Assembly: GCA_964016885.1 (NCBI GenBank) | Contig: OZ024742.1 | Coordinates: 252,898,001-252,962,000 of the forward strand | DNA length: 64,000 nucleotides | Reading direction: 5' to 3' | Source of the DNA: Eledone cirrhosa | Lineage: Eukaryota | Shown here: positions 38,201 through 49,185 of the stretch, in pieces | Layout of the letters: each line of letters starts with the position of its first letter | Position numbering within the stretch: the first letter of the stretch is position 1 | Position numbers and translations under genes: made by a program | Notes under the pieces: generated by a model | What the model was told of the DNA's origin: nothing | The model's input: only the letters and a program-made list of their open reading frames with translations | The model's database searches: none

Positions 38201-41200
38201 CTAACATCAAAGGTGCTTGCAAATGACTATTTTCCCACACATTATCAATGAATATGACATGGGATCTATCGTTTACAATTGGTTTCCATTTCATAACTTC
38301 ACCAAACCACACCATACCAAGTTACACCATACTACATCACACCAAGCTATTGATCTTGGTGTGAAACATTTTCTTCCCGTTTCCTTTTTTTTTTTTGTAC
38401 GTGTGCTTACCCCCCCAATCTGACATTAAAGGTGCTCCCAATTGATTATTTTTTTTCCTCTTATCAATAATTATGACATGGAAACCTGTCGAAAATGACT
38501 ATCTTTGTAGAAACTTCACCAAACCACACCATACTACATCACACCAAGCTATTGATTTTGGTGTGACAAATTTTCATCTGGCATTTTTTATTTTGTTTAT
38601 TTTGAGCTTACCACCCAATTTGACATAAAAGTGACTCGCAAATTACTATTTTATGCACATATTATCAATGGTTATGACATGGAAACCTGATGAAAATGAC
38701 TAGCTTTGTAGAAAAAAGAGGGAGGATGTGGGTGGAAATACCATTTACAAAGCTAGTCATTTTTTATTGCAGCGGAAGTCATATTTTTTGTTAATATGCT
38801 AAAAGCATAGTCCACTGCGAGCTTCTTGGAAGTTGATAGCACATGCAAAACTGAATGTAAAATTTTTTTTCTAACATAAATCAAAGTGTAAATTTAAATC
38901 CTCACTTATAACAAAGCACACCACAGCACATTAATCCACCCCAATCCACACCATAAATTCATCATAACCATACTTCACTATATGGTAAATTTATTACAAA
39001 ACACCTACTCCGACTATTTACATCACACCATGGTATGGACATCAATGTGACAAATTTGCTACCTGCTTCTTTTTTTTTTTTCTTTTTTTTTTTTTGGTGG
39101 TTACCACCTCAAACTAACATCAAAGGTGCTACCTCCTTTATTTTTTTTTTTTTTGTGGTTACCACCTCAAACTAACATCAAAGGTGCTTGCAAATGACTA
39201 TTTTCCCACACATTATCAATGAATATGACATGGGAATCTATCGTTTACAATTGGTTTCCATTTCATAATTTCACCAAACCAAACCAAAACACACCATGCC
39301 AAGTTACACCATACTACAACACACCAAGCTATTGATCTTGGTGTGAAACATTTTCTTCCAGTTCCTTTTTTTTTTTTTTTTTTTTTTTCCCCGTATGTGC
39401 GCTTACCCCCCCAATCTGACATTAAAGGTGTTCCCAATTGACTATATTTTTTCCACTTAGCAATAATTATGACATGGAAACCTGTCGAAAATGACTATCT
39501 TTGTAGAAACTTCACCAAACCACACCATACTACATCACAACAAGCTATTGATTTTGGTGTGACAAATTTTCATCTGGCAATTTTTTTTTTTTTTTTTTTT
39601 TCTGTGCTTACCACCCAATTTGACGTAAATGGTGCTCGCAAATTACTATTTTATGCACATATTATCAATGGTTATGACATGGAAACCTGATGAAAATGAC
39701 TAGCTTTGTAGAAAAAAGAGGGAGGATGTGGATGGAAATACCATTTACAAAGCTAGTCATTTTTTATTGCAGCGGAAGTCATATTTTTTGTTAATATGCT
39801 AAAAGCATAGTCCACTGCAAGCATCTTGGAAGTTGATAGCACATGCAAAAATGAAGGAAAAATTTTTTTTCTAACATAAATCAAAGTGTAAATTTAAATC
39901 CTCACTTATAACAAAGCACACCACCGCACATTAATCCACCCCAATCCACACCATAACCATACTTCACTATATGGTAAATTTATTACAAAACACCTAATCC
40001 GACTATTTACATCACACCATGGTATGGACAGCAATGTGACAAATTTGCTACCTGCTTTTTTTTTTTTTTTTTGTGGTTACCACCTCAAACTAACATCAAA
40101 GGTGCTTGCAATTGACTATTTTCCCACACATTATCAATGAATCTATCGTTTACAATTGGTTTCCATTTCATAACTTCACCAAAACACACCATGCCAAGTT
40201 ACACCATACTACAACACACCAAGCTATTGATCTTGGTGTGAAACATTTTCTTCCCGTTTCTTTTTTTTTTTTTTTTTTTTTTTTTTGTATGTGTGCTTAC
40301 CCCCCAATCTGACATTAAAGGTGTTCCCAATTGACTATATTTTTTCCACTTAGCAATAATTATGACATGGAAACCTGTCGAAAATGACTATCTTTGTAGA
40401 AACTTCACCAAACCACACCATACTACATCACACCAAGCTATTGATTTTGGTGTGACAAATTTTCATCTGGCATTTTTTATTTTGTTTATTTTGAGCTTAC
40501 CACCCAATTTGACATAAAAGTGACTCGCAAATTACTATTTTATGCACATATTATCAATGGTTATGACATGGAAACCTGATGAAAATGACTAGCTTTGTAG
40601 AAAAAAGAGGGAGGATGTGGATGGAAATACCATTTACAAAGCTAGTCATTTTTTATTGCAGCGGAAGTCATATTTTTTGTTAATATGCTAAAAGCATAGT
40701 CCACTGCGAGCATATTGTTAAGTTGATAGCACATGCAAAAATGAAGGAAGATTTTTTTTTTTCTAACATAAATCAAAGTGGAAATTTAAATCCTCACTTA
40801 TAACAAAGCACACCACAGCACATTAATCTACCCCAATGCACACCATAAATTCACCATAACCATACTTCACTATATGGTAAATTTATTGCAAAACAACTAC
40901 TCCGACCATTTACATCACACCATGGTATGGACATCAATGTGTCAAATTTGCTACCTGCTTCTTATTTTTTTTTTTTTTTGTGGTTACCACCTCAAACTAA
41001 CATCAAAGGTGCTACCTGCTTTTTTTTTTTTTTTTGTGGTTACCACCTCAAACTAACATCAAAGGTGCTTGCAAATGACTATTTTCCCACACATTATCAA
41101 TGAATATGACATGGGATCTATCGTTTACAATTGGTTTCCATTTCATAACTTCACCAAACCACACCATACCAAGTTACACCATACTACATCACACCAAGCT

Positions 41201-42147
41201 ATTGATCTTGGTGTGAAACATTTTCTTCCCGTTTCCTTTTTTTTTTTTGTACGTGTGCTTACCCCCCCAATCTGACATTAAAGGTGCTCCCAATTGATTA
41301 TTTTTTTTCCACTTATCAATAATTATGACATGGAAACCTGTCGAAAATGACTATCTTTGTAGAAACTTCACCAAACCACACCATACTACATCACACCAAG
41401 CTATTGATTTTGGTGTGACAAATTTTCATCTGGCAACTTTTTTTTTTTTTTTGTGCTTACCACCCAATTTGACATGAAAGGTGCTCGCAAATTACTATTT
41501 TATGCACATATTATCAATGGTTATGATATAGAAAGCTGATTAAAATGACTAGCTTTGTAGAAAAAAGAGGGAGGATGTGGGTGGAAATACCATTTACAAA
41601 GCTAGTCATTTTTTATTGCAGCGGAAGTCATATTTTTTGTTAATATGCTAAAAGCATAGTCCACTGCGAGCTTCTTGGAAGTTGATAGCACATGCAAAAC
41701 TGAATGAAAAATTTTTTTTCTAACATAAATCAAAGTGTAAATTTAAATCCTCACTTATAACAAAGCACACCACAGCACATTAATCCACCCCAATCCACAC
41801 CATAAATTCACCATAACCATACTTCACTATATGGTAAATTTATTACAAAACACCTAATCCGACTATTTACATCACACCATGGTATGGACAGCAATGTGAC
41901 AAATTTGCTACCTGCTTTTTTTTTTTTTTTTTTTTTTTGTGGTTACCACCTCAAACTAACATAAAAGGTGCTTGCAAATGACTATTTTCCCACACATTAT
42001 CAATGAATGACATGGGAATCTATCGTTTACAATTGGTTTCCATTTCATAATTTCACCAAACCAAACCAAAACACACCATGCCAAGTTACACCATACTACA
42101 ACACACCAAGCTATTGATCTTGGTGTGAAACATTTTCTTCCCGTTTC

Positions 42148-42179
<32 letters not shown>

Positions 42180-43795
42180 TATGTGTGCTTACCCCCCAAT
42201 CTGACATTAAAGTTGTTCCCAATTGACTATATTTTTTCCACTTAGCAATAATTATGACATGGAAACCTGTCGAAAATGACTATCTTTGTAGAAACCTCAC
42301 CAAACCACACCATACTACATCACAACAAGCTATTGATTTTGGTGTGACAAATTTTCATCTGGCAATTTTTTTTTTTTTTTTTTTTTTTCTGTGCTTACCA
42401 CCCAATTTGACGTAAATGGTGCTCGCAAATTACTATTTTATGCACATATTATCAATGGTTATGACATGGAAACCTGATGAAAATGACTAGCTTTGTAGAA
42501 AAAAGAGGGAGGATGTGGATGGAAATACCATTTACAAAGCTAGTCATTTTTTATTGCAGCGGAAGTCATATTTTTTGTTAATATGCTAAAAGCATAGTCC
42601 ACTGCAAGCATCTTGGAAGTTGATAGCACATGCAAAAATGAAGGAAAAATTTTTTTTCTAACATAAATGAAAGTGTAAATTTAAATCCTCACTTATAACA
42701 AAGCACACCACCGCACATTAATCCACCCCAATCCACACCATAAATTCACCATAACCATACTTCACTATATGGTAAATTTATTACAAAACACCTACTCCGA
42801 CTATTTACATCACACCATGGTATGGACATCAATGTGTCAAATTTGCTACCTGCTTCTTTTTTTTTTTTCTTTTTTTTTTTTTGTGGTTACCACCTCAAAC
42901 TAACATCAAAGGTGCTACCTGCTTTATTTTTTTTTTTTTTTGCGGTTACCACCTCAAACTAACATCAAGGGTACTTGCAAATGACTATTTTCCCACACAT
43001 TATCAATGAATATGACATGGGAATCTATCGTTTACAATTGGTTTCCATTTCATAACTTAACCAAACCAAACCACACCAAACCACACCATACTACATCACA
43101 CCAAGCTATTGATTTTGGTGTGACAAATTTTCATTTGGCAATTTTTTTTTTTTTTTTTTTTTTTTCTGTGCTTACCACCCAATTTGACATAAATGGTGCT
43201 CGGAAATTACTATTTTATGCACATATTATCAATGGTTATGACATGGAAACCTGATGAAAATGACTAGCTTTGTAGAAAAAAGAGGGAGGATGTGGGTGGA
43301 AATACCATTTACAAAGCTAGCCATTTTTTATTGCAGCGGAAGTCATATTTTTTGTTAATATGCTAAAAGCATAGTTCACTGCGAGCTTCTTGGAAGTTGA
43401 GAGCACATGCAAAAATGAAGGAAAAATTTTTCTTCTAACATAAATCAAAGTGGAAATTTAAATCCTCACTTATAACAAAGCATACCACAGCACAGATACT
43501 TCACCAGAACCATACTTCACCATATGGTAAATTTATTACAGAACACCTACTCCTACCATTTACATCACACCAATGCTCGCAGTTGACTTTTTTTCACATA
43601 TTATGAATGAATATAACTTTGAAACCTATCGTCAATGAGCTCTGTAGAAAAATGAAGGCAGAAAGTGGGTGGAAAAACCATTCACAAAGCTAGTCATTTT
43701 TAATTGCAGTGGAAATCGTATTTGTTGTTAATATGCTAAAAAAATAGTCAATTGCAAGCATTTTGGAGGTCGGATTAGTTGATAGGACATAAAAA
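24470..43795. repeat. Satellite DNA: ~21 monomers of ~0.9-1.0 kb with a ~3746-bp 4-mer higher-order repeat
   Basis: The landmark gagggaggatgtgg recurs 21 times (24698 to 43282), plus a degenerate copy at ~43657. Matching ORFs recur at 26104/27004 (900 bp apart), 31724/35469/39216 and 33573/37320/41069 (3745-3749 bp apart). Confidence 0.97.
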
Positions 43796-43819
43796 AAACA
43801 AAGGAAAACAAATATTGTC

Positions 43820-43925
43820 TATATGTTCCTGTGGAAAGTCAGGTCTTCTGTATTACTGTGCGACGCCAGAGGTCATGGTTGTGTGTCAATGCCCTTGAGC
43901 GGTGCAATTGGGAAAGGTCGGCTTA
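43820..43925 (-). mobile_element. RTE 3' fragment
   Basis: ctgtattactgtgcgacgccagaggtcatggt...aaggtcggctt matches 308-384. Confidence 0.75.
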
Positions 43926-44359
43926 GAAATATTTACTTCTGCATTCACAGATTGATTTTTTTTTTTTTTTAGTTTCAGAAGATCCTATTAAGGGTGAAAG
44001 CAGCCGATTCTTTGCTTAAACTTTAATCTGTTATTTTAATAAATATTTGCTCTATGGTTCTTATATATTTTATATATATTTATCCTTATCGAGCCCTCTT
44101 TGGATGTTAGTCTTCAAATTTATTATTATTACTATTTGGCTCCCTTGATTGAGTACTCTATTGACTTATATTCATCATGCAGAAACAACATCTGAATATT
44201 TCTACAAAGAACATACCCGTACGATGCAGGAAGAAATACCTAAAACTACGTCTCCACAAACCAAAGTATCGCCTTCCTGTCTTCCTTCGGTTGCAACGTT
44301 TTTTGAAATATTTACTTCTGCGTTCACAGATTAATTTTTTTATATATATATACATACAT

Positions 44360-44673
44360 ATTGAAAGCATTGGCCTTGCAATGGAAAGGTTGTGAGTTCA
44401 ATTCTCAGACCGGGTGATGTGTTGTTTCCTTGAGCAAGACACTTTATTTCACATTGCTCCAGTTTACTCACCTGTAGAAATGAGATGATAGGACTGGAGT
44501 CCCTATCATTCCACTGCAAAGTGGTTGTAGAGGTGCCACGGCAAAAAAGCACCCATTACTCACTGTAAATGAGGTTGGTGTTAGGCAGGGCATCCAGCTG
44601 TAGAAATCAAGCCAGAATCAGTTCCCGTCCCACCCTTGCAAGCAGGGAAAAAATGGACATGAAATGATGATGA
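44360..44673 (+). mobile_element. tRNA-derived SINE with CORE-like central domain and RTE-derived tail
   Basis: B-box GAGTTCAATTC, core tccttgagcaagacactttatttcacattgctccag, tail gcatccagctgtagaaa...aaatgatgatga shared with the RTE 3' UTR. Confidence 0.85.
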
Positions 44674-44674
44674 A

Positions 44675-45005
44675 TGCTCCCAGCTGTGGTCACCCCATAG
44701 TATCAAACTAACCATGGAGCTTGGAGCAATCCAATGAAGCTACACCAAGAAGGTTGCCACAATGAAGGAGATAAACTACTGGGAGAGTCTAAAAGAACAG
44801 AAACTCTACTCCTCGGAATGAAGACGGGAGAGATATGCAATGATATACATTTGGAAAATCCTGGGGGGACTAAGACCAAACTTTTGCATTGAGAGCTGGA
44901 CCAATTCTCGAACAGGACGTCACTGTGTGGTACCAAAGGTCCCGTCTTCCATATCTAGAATCAGGAGCAGCCATTGCAATAGCCTGGGGTTCAAAGACCC
45001 TCAAC
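44675..45005 (+). pseudogene. CR1-group LINE 3' coding fragment
   Basis: CSQLWSPH...NYWE...RYAMIYIWKILGGLRPN...RTGRHCVVPK...NSLGFKDPQL; same family as 47730-48350. Confidence 0.75.
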
Positions 45006-45082
45006 TTGGTTTTCAAAATTTAAATTTGTGTTCCTATTCATAAATGCATCAAGCAAGCTATAAAACTCTGTTATATTTCATG

Positions 45083-45487
45083 ATCATCATTTTATGTCAG
45101 TTCTTCTACGCTAGCATGGGTTGTCATGTTGTGGGCAGTGTCCGGTCAGCTGACCTTGTCTTGCTCATACGGGAACTGATTCTGTCTTGATTTCTACAGC
45201 TGGATGCCCTTCCTAACACCAACCTCATTTACAGTGAGTGCTGGGTGTTTTTTTTTTTTGTTTTTTTTTTTTTGTTTTTTTTTTGCCGTGGCACCTCCAC
45301 GACCATTTTGCAGTGGAATGATAGGGACCCCAGTCCTATCATCTCATTTCTACAGCTGAGTAAACTGGAGCAATGTGAAATAAAGTGTCTTGCTCAAGGA
45401 AACAACACATCACCCGGTCCGAGAATTAAACTCACAACCTTTCAATTGCAAGCCCAATGCTCTAACTACTGAGCCATGTGCCTTCTA
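45083..45487 (-). mobile_element. Full-length tRNA-derived SINE (same family as 44360-44673)
   Basis: Minus strand begins gaaggcacatggctcagtagttagagc (A-box), then gagtttaattc (B-box), the core and an RTE tail ending in (TGA)n. Confidence 0.88.
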
Positions 45488-45489
45488 TT

Positions 45490-46455
45490 GTTGGCAATGT
45501 TAGGTCAGGTGACCATGTCTTGCTCATAAAGAACTGATTTTGGCTTGGTTTCTACAGCTGGATGCCCTTCCTCATGCCAAGCTCATTTACAATGAGTACT
45601 GGGTGTTTTCTGTTGTGATTCCTCTACGACTACTTTACAGTGTGGACTGGGTGTTTTTTACCGTGTCACCATCACGACCACTTTACAGTGTTTCGGCCTG
45701 TTCTCATGAAAGATATATTGGCGGGTGGGATGGATTGGTGCATACTGTATGTATGTTTCAGCCTTGGCCTGTGGGAAGTTGGGGTTTCTGTATTACCTCA
45801 TAACGCCAGAGATTTTGGTCCTGTGTCATTGCCTTTCAGAGGTGCAATTGGGCAAGGTCGGCTTTTATCACTTCATCTCAAGTCTTTCAGGGACTTTATG
45901 TAGCTGTCATCCTTCATACGAATCGCATGTCCATACCAACATAATCTCCTCTCCTGCACACATTTGATTCCTCTTATGCCTAGTTTCTCTTTCAGTTTGT
46001 TTATGCTTTGCTGTTCGCGTATATTACTATTACACATCCATCGGAGCATACAAGCTTCATTCCTTTCTAATCTATGCAAGTCTTCTACACACAGCGCCCA
46101 GCTCTCACTACCATGCAACATTGCCGTTCATATGCACACATCATACAGTCTACCTTTTATTCTGAGGGAAAAGCCTTTTGTATCCAGCTGTGGCAGTAGC
46201 TCCTTGAACTTCTTCCATCCCGTTCTTTCAGAACACCCCCCCCCTCCGCTTCTAATTCGGTATTGTTTTTACCAAGTCCTCCCAGACTTTGATGTCACTT
46301 GTTTTCAGTGATTGTTTGCTGCTTACTGTCCTGGTGCAACTGCTACATGTAAAGCCTACATTCTTAACTAAACTTCCTGAGATCCCACTACATCTCTTGT
46401 GTATGCATATGGGGCAGAGGATGGAGTTTCTACCTACACCTCTCCTACATAATGA
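45490..46455 (-). mobile_element. Decayed RTE 3' fragment (PHD finger to 3' UTR)
   Basis: CSLCRRGVGRNSILCP..HKRCSGISG, MLHGSESWAL, ERRLCWYGHAIRM; deletions relative to 1-1070. Confidence 0.9.
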
Positions 46456-46456
46456 G

Positions 46457-46488
<32 letters not shown>

Positions 46489-46512
46489 CACACACTCACA
46501 CATATATATATA

Positions 46513-47356
46513 TACTAGCCGAATTATCAGCGCCTTGCTGCGTTTCACACATTTTTTTTGTAAGAAAATGATGATTGATTTTAAATCAGTGATATAATTT
46601 ATGGAGAAAAACTCAATATTACTCAATGTAAAATATAATGCATGAAAAATTGGAAAACATCATTTTTTGTAATATATCAAATCAAAATTGCAATATTAAA
46701 TCTTATTCTTATTTTGTTTCTTGTAAATAATTTTTTTTCAAAATATCAATTGAAAATTTTGTGAATAGGCATCATATCTTGTCATTTACCTATGGTTTAA
46801 GTTTCATATAAATCGAAAGGGAAAAGTTTTCAGCGGGGGTTTGTACCCCCGGGGAACCCTAATAGGGGGTTTAACCACCATTAAGGTGTCTTATAGTATT
46901 GAAATTTTGTGAACAGGCATCATATCTCTTCATTTATCTATGGTTTAAATTGCATATAAATCGAACGAAGGGAAAACATTTTCAGCAGGGGTTTGTGCCA
47001 CCGGTGAACCCTAATAGGGGGTTTAACCCCCATTAGGGTATTTTAATTTTATTGAAATTTGCTGAAATTTTGTGAATAGGCATCATATCTTGTCATTTAC
47101 CTATGGTTTAAATTTCATATAAATCGAAGGTAAAGTTTCAGTGGCGGTTTTGTGCCCTCGATGAACCCTTTGATTACAATGAAATATACTTATACAAGTA
47201 CCCTGGGCAATGTAGTTTCAGAATATATATGGTTATGGGGGTCTATCTCCAAAACCATAGGAGGAGTTTGTAAAATCTTGTTCCATTTATTGGCCAAACT
47301 TTTCACTATAGGGCGTTTAACCCCCATTAGGGTGTCTTAATATTATTGAAATTTGC
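46513..47356 (-). mobile_element. Non-autonomous Helitron/Helentron-like element with internal ~150-165-bp tandem repeats
   Basis: Minus strand ends in a short GC-rich hairpin then CTAG|T (plus: tactagccgaattatcagcgccttgctgcg). Three copies of gaaattttgtgaataggcatcatatcttgtcatttacctatggtttaa at ~46752, 46901 and 47064. Confidence 0.6.
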
Positions 47357-47724
47357 ACACACACACATATATATATATACACACAAACACACACACACAC
47401 ACATATATATATACACAAACACACACATATATATATATATATATACAGACACACATATTTATATCTTTTAGCAGAGCATTTTAATATTGCCACGCAATGA
47501 AAACCCTTTGTTTGTTTGGAATAAATGAATCTTGAAAATTAGGAGTGCCTGTCAGTGTGTTTGTGTTTGTCTACTTAGCATCAATTTACTACCCTCCCCT
47601 ACCACCAGAAAATGTATAAATACCACCATATTACATTGACAGTCGGCTTTTCTGATGATTTCCTCCGAATGAAACAGTTCTAGTCCTGTTGAAGCCATTT
47701 CTATATTAAATATATATATATATA

Positions 47725-48350
47725 CTCTTTTAGTTGTTCCAGCCATCCGGCTGAGACCATGATTGGGTACTGCCCTTGTTGCTACACATTCTATCTCCAG
47801 CCTGTGTTGGCTGGCCATTGATGTAAGAGGGAGTTCGTTGCTGCTGCCCTTAGGTTACCTTCGTACCATGATGTGGGCTCATCCGGGATCCTGGATAACA
47901 GGGTGTCGAGAAGTTTCTTGAAAATATCCACGGCCATACCATGTAGATCTCTCAAATCCCTCGGAAGTTTGTTGAAGAGTTGAGGGCCTTTGAACCCCAG
48001 TCTATTGCAATATCTGCTTCTTGTTCTAGATGTGGAAGATGGGACCTTTGTCACCACACAGTGACGTCCTGTCAATACCAAAGTTTGGCGCTAGTCCCTC
48101 CAGGATTTTCCATATGTATATCACTGCGTATCTCTCCCGTCTTCGTTCCAAGGAGTAGAGTTTCAGTTCTTTTAGCCTCTCCCAGTAGCTCATCTCCTTC
48201 ATCGTGCAATCCTCTTGGTGTAGCTTCGTTGGATTGTCTCAAGTTCTGTGGTTAGTTTGATACTATGGGGTGACCACTGCTGGGAGCAATAGTCCAGGCG
48301 GCTTAGGACAAATGGCCTTCATAGTATCAACATGGTCTCCCGGTCTCTTA
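47725..48350 (-). pseudogene. CR1-group LINE 3' fragment
   Basis: FVLSRLDYCSQQWSPH...GRHCVVTKVPS...GFKGPQLFNKLPRDLRDL...FKKLLDTLLSRIPDEP...AATNSL. Confidence 0.8.
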
Positions 48351-48571
48351 TATAGAAAACCTCAAATAAAAAGTCAAGATTTGTTTTGATTTAACAGAGC
48401 AGAAAGAATTCGCGTCAGAATATTCCAACCAATCCAGCCTATATCAGCTGAATAAATATGTATATGGAGATATATATATATACACACCCACATGCACATA
48501 TATATATATATACACACACGCACGCACACACATATATATACACACACACATACATACACGCATGCATGCAT

Positions 48572-49185
48572 ACATGATGGCTGCCCCCCTCGTTATCGAG
48601 TATGGCCGTTGCACGATATACCATTATTAATAATTATTAATTAATTCTATTGTGCATGAAGATATTTTTTTAAATGAGGAAAGACTGTGCACTGAGCCAA
48701 TCCCACTCTCTGAGCAACAGTAGCTATAACCCGAAAAGAAGAAAATATCAACATCATCGGTAACTACTGAGCCGCAGGTTTTATATCGGAGTTATCCCAG
48801 TTTCCTGAGTTGCCTTCTCCTAGAAGAATGCCCTGACAAAGGCTAGGGGTCCTTCATTCCCAGTGGTTTAACCGCGCGATCAGGTGTCCAGCCAGATTAT
48901 TTCTATGTCCCCGTGCATGTACATACACATGCACCCATGTATATATACATATACATACATATGTACATGTGTATTTACATATTTACACACTTTTGGATGG
49001 CCGTTGACTCTTATGAGATCTTCCGCCCTTTGTCAGGTTTTGTTTTTTGTCCTGCAGGGTGTCCAAAATCACCCTCCTCACCAAGTAAACTTGGTGGGGT
49101 TGCCGGTTTAGTCGCAGACGACCCGACCATGCGACAGGTTGTACTGGGTTACATGTTACCATTAGCACTCAAGAGTGACCCGACA
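48572..49185 (-). mobile_element. Short non-autonomous RTE-BovB derivative (5' UTR joined to 3' tail)
   Basis: 5'-UTR motifs shared with 9975-10130. Tail catgatggctgc...cgata at 48572-48617 matches the BovB tail at 49196-49240. Confidence 0.55.

Noticed and set aside
24470-43795. Satellite as CRISPR-like array or tandem small genes (MQMTIFPHIINE... ORFs)
   Set aside because: No unique spacers. ORFs depend on variable poly-T lengths and non-ATG starts, and the context is eukaryotic.
43926-44335. ~28-bp direct repeat (gaaatatttacttctgc.ttcacagatt) with CAGAAGA-tcct-atta-aggg-t-GAAA between, possibly a Penelope pLTR/hammerhead relic
   Set aside because: Core has A in place of the conserved U, stems I/III do not form, and there is no coding support.
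45400-45487. tRNA gene
   Set aside because: A/B boxes belong to a SINE head; there is no acceptor stem and it continues into the SINE core.
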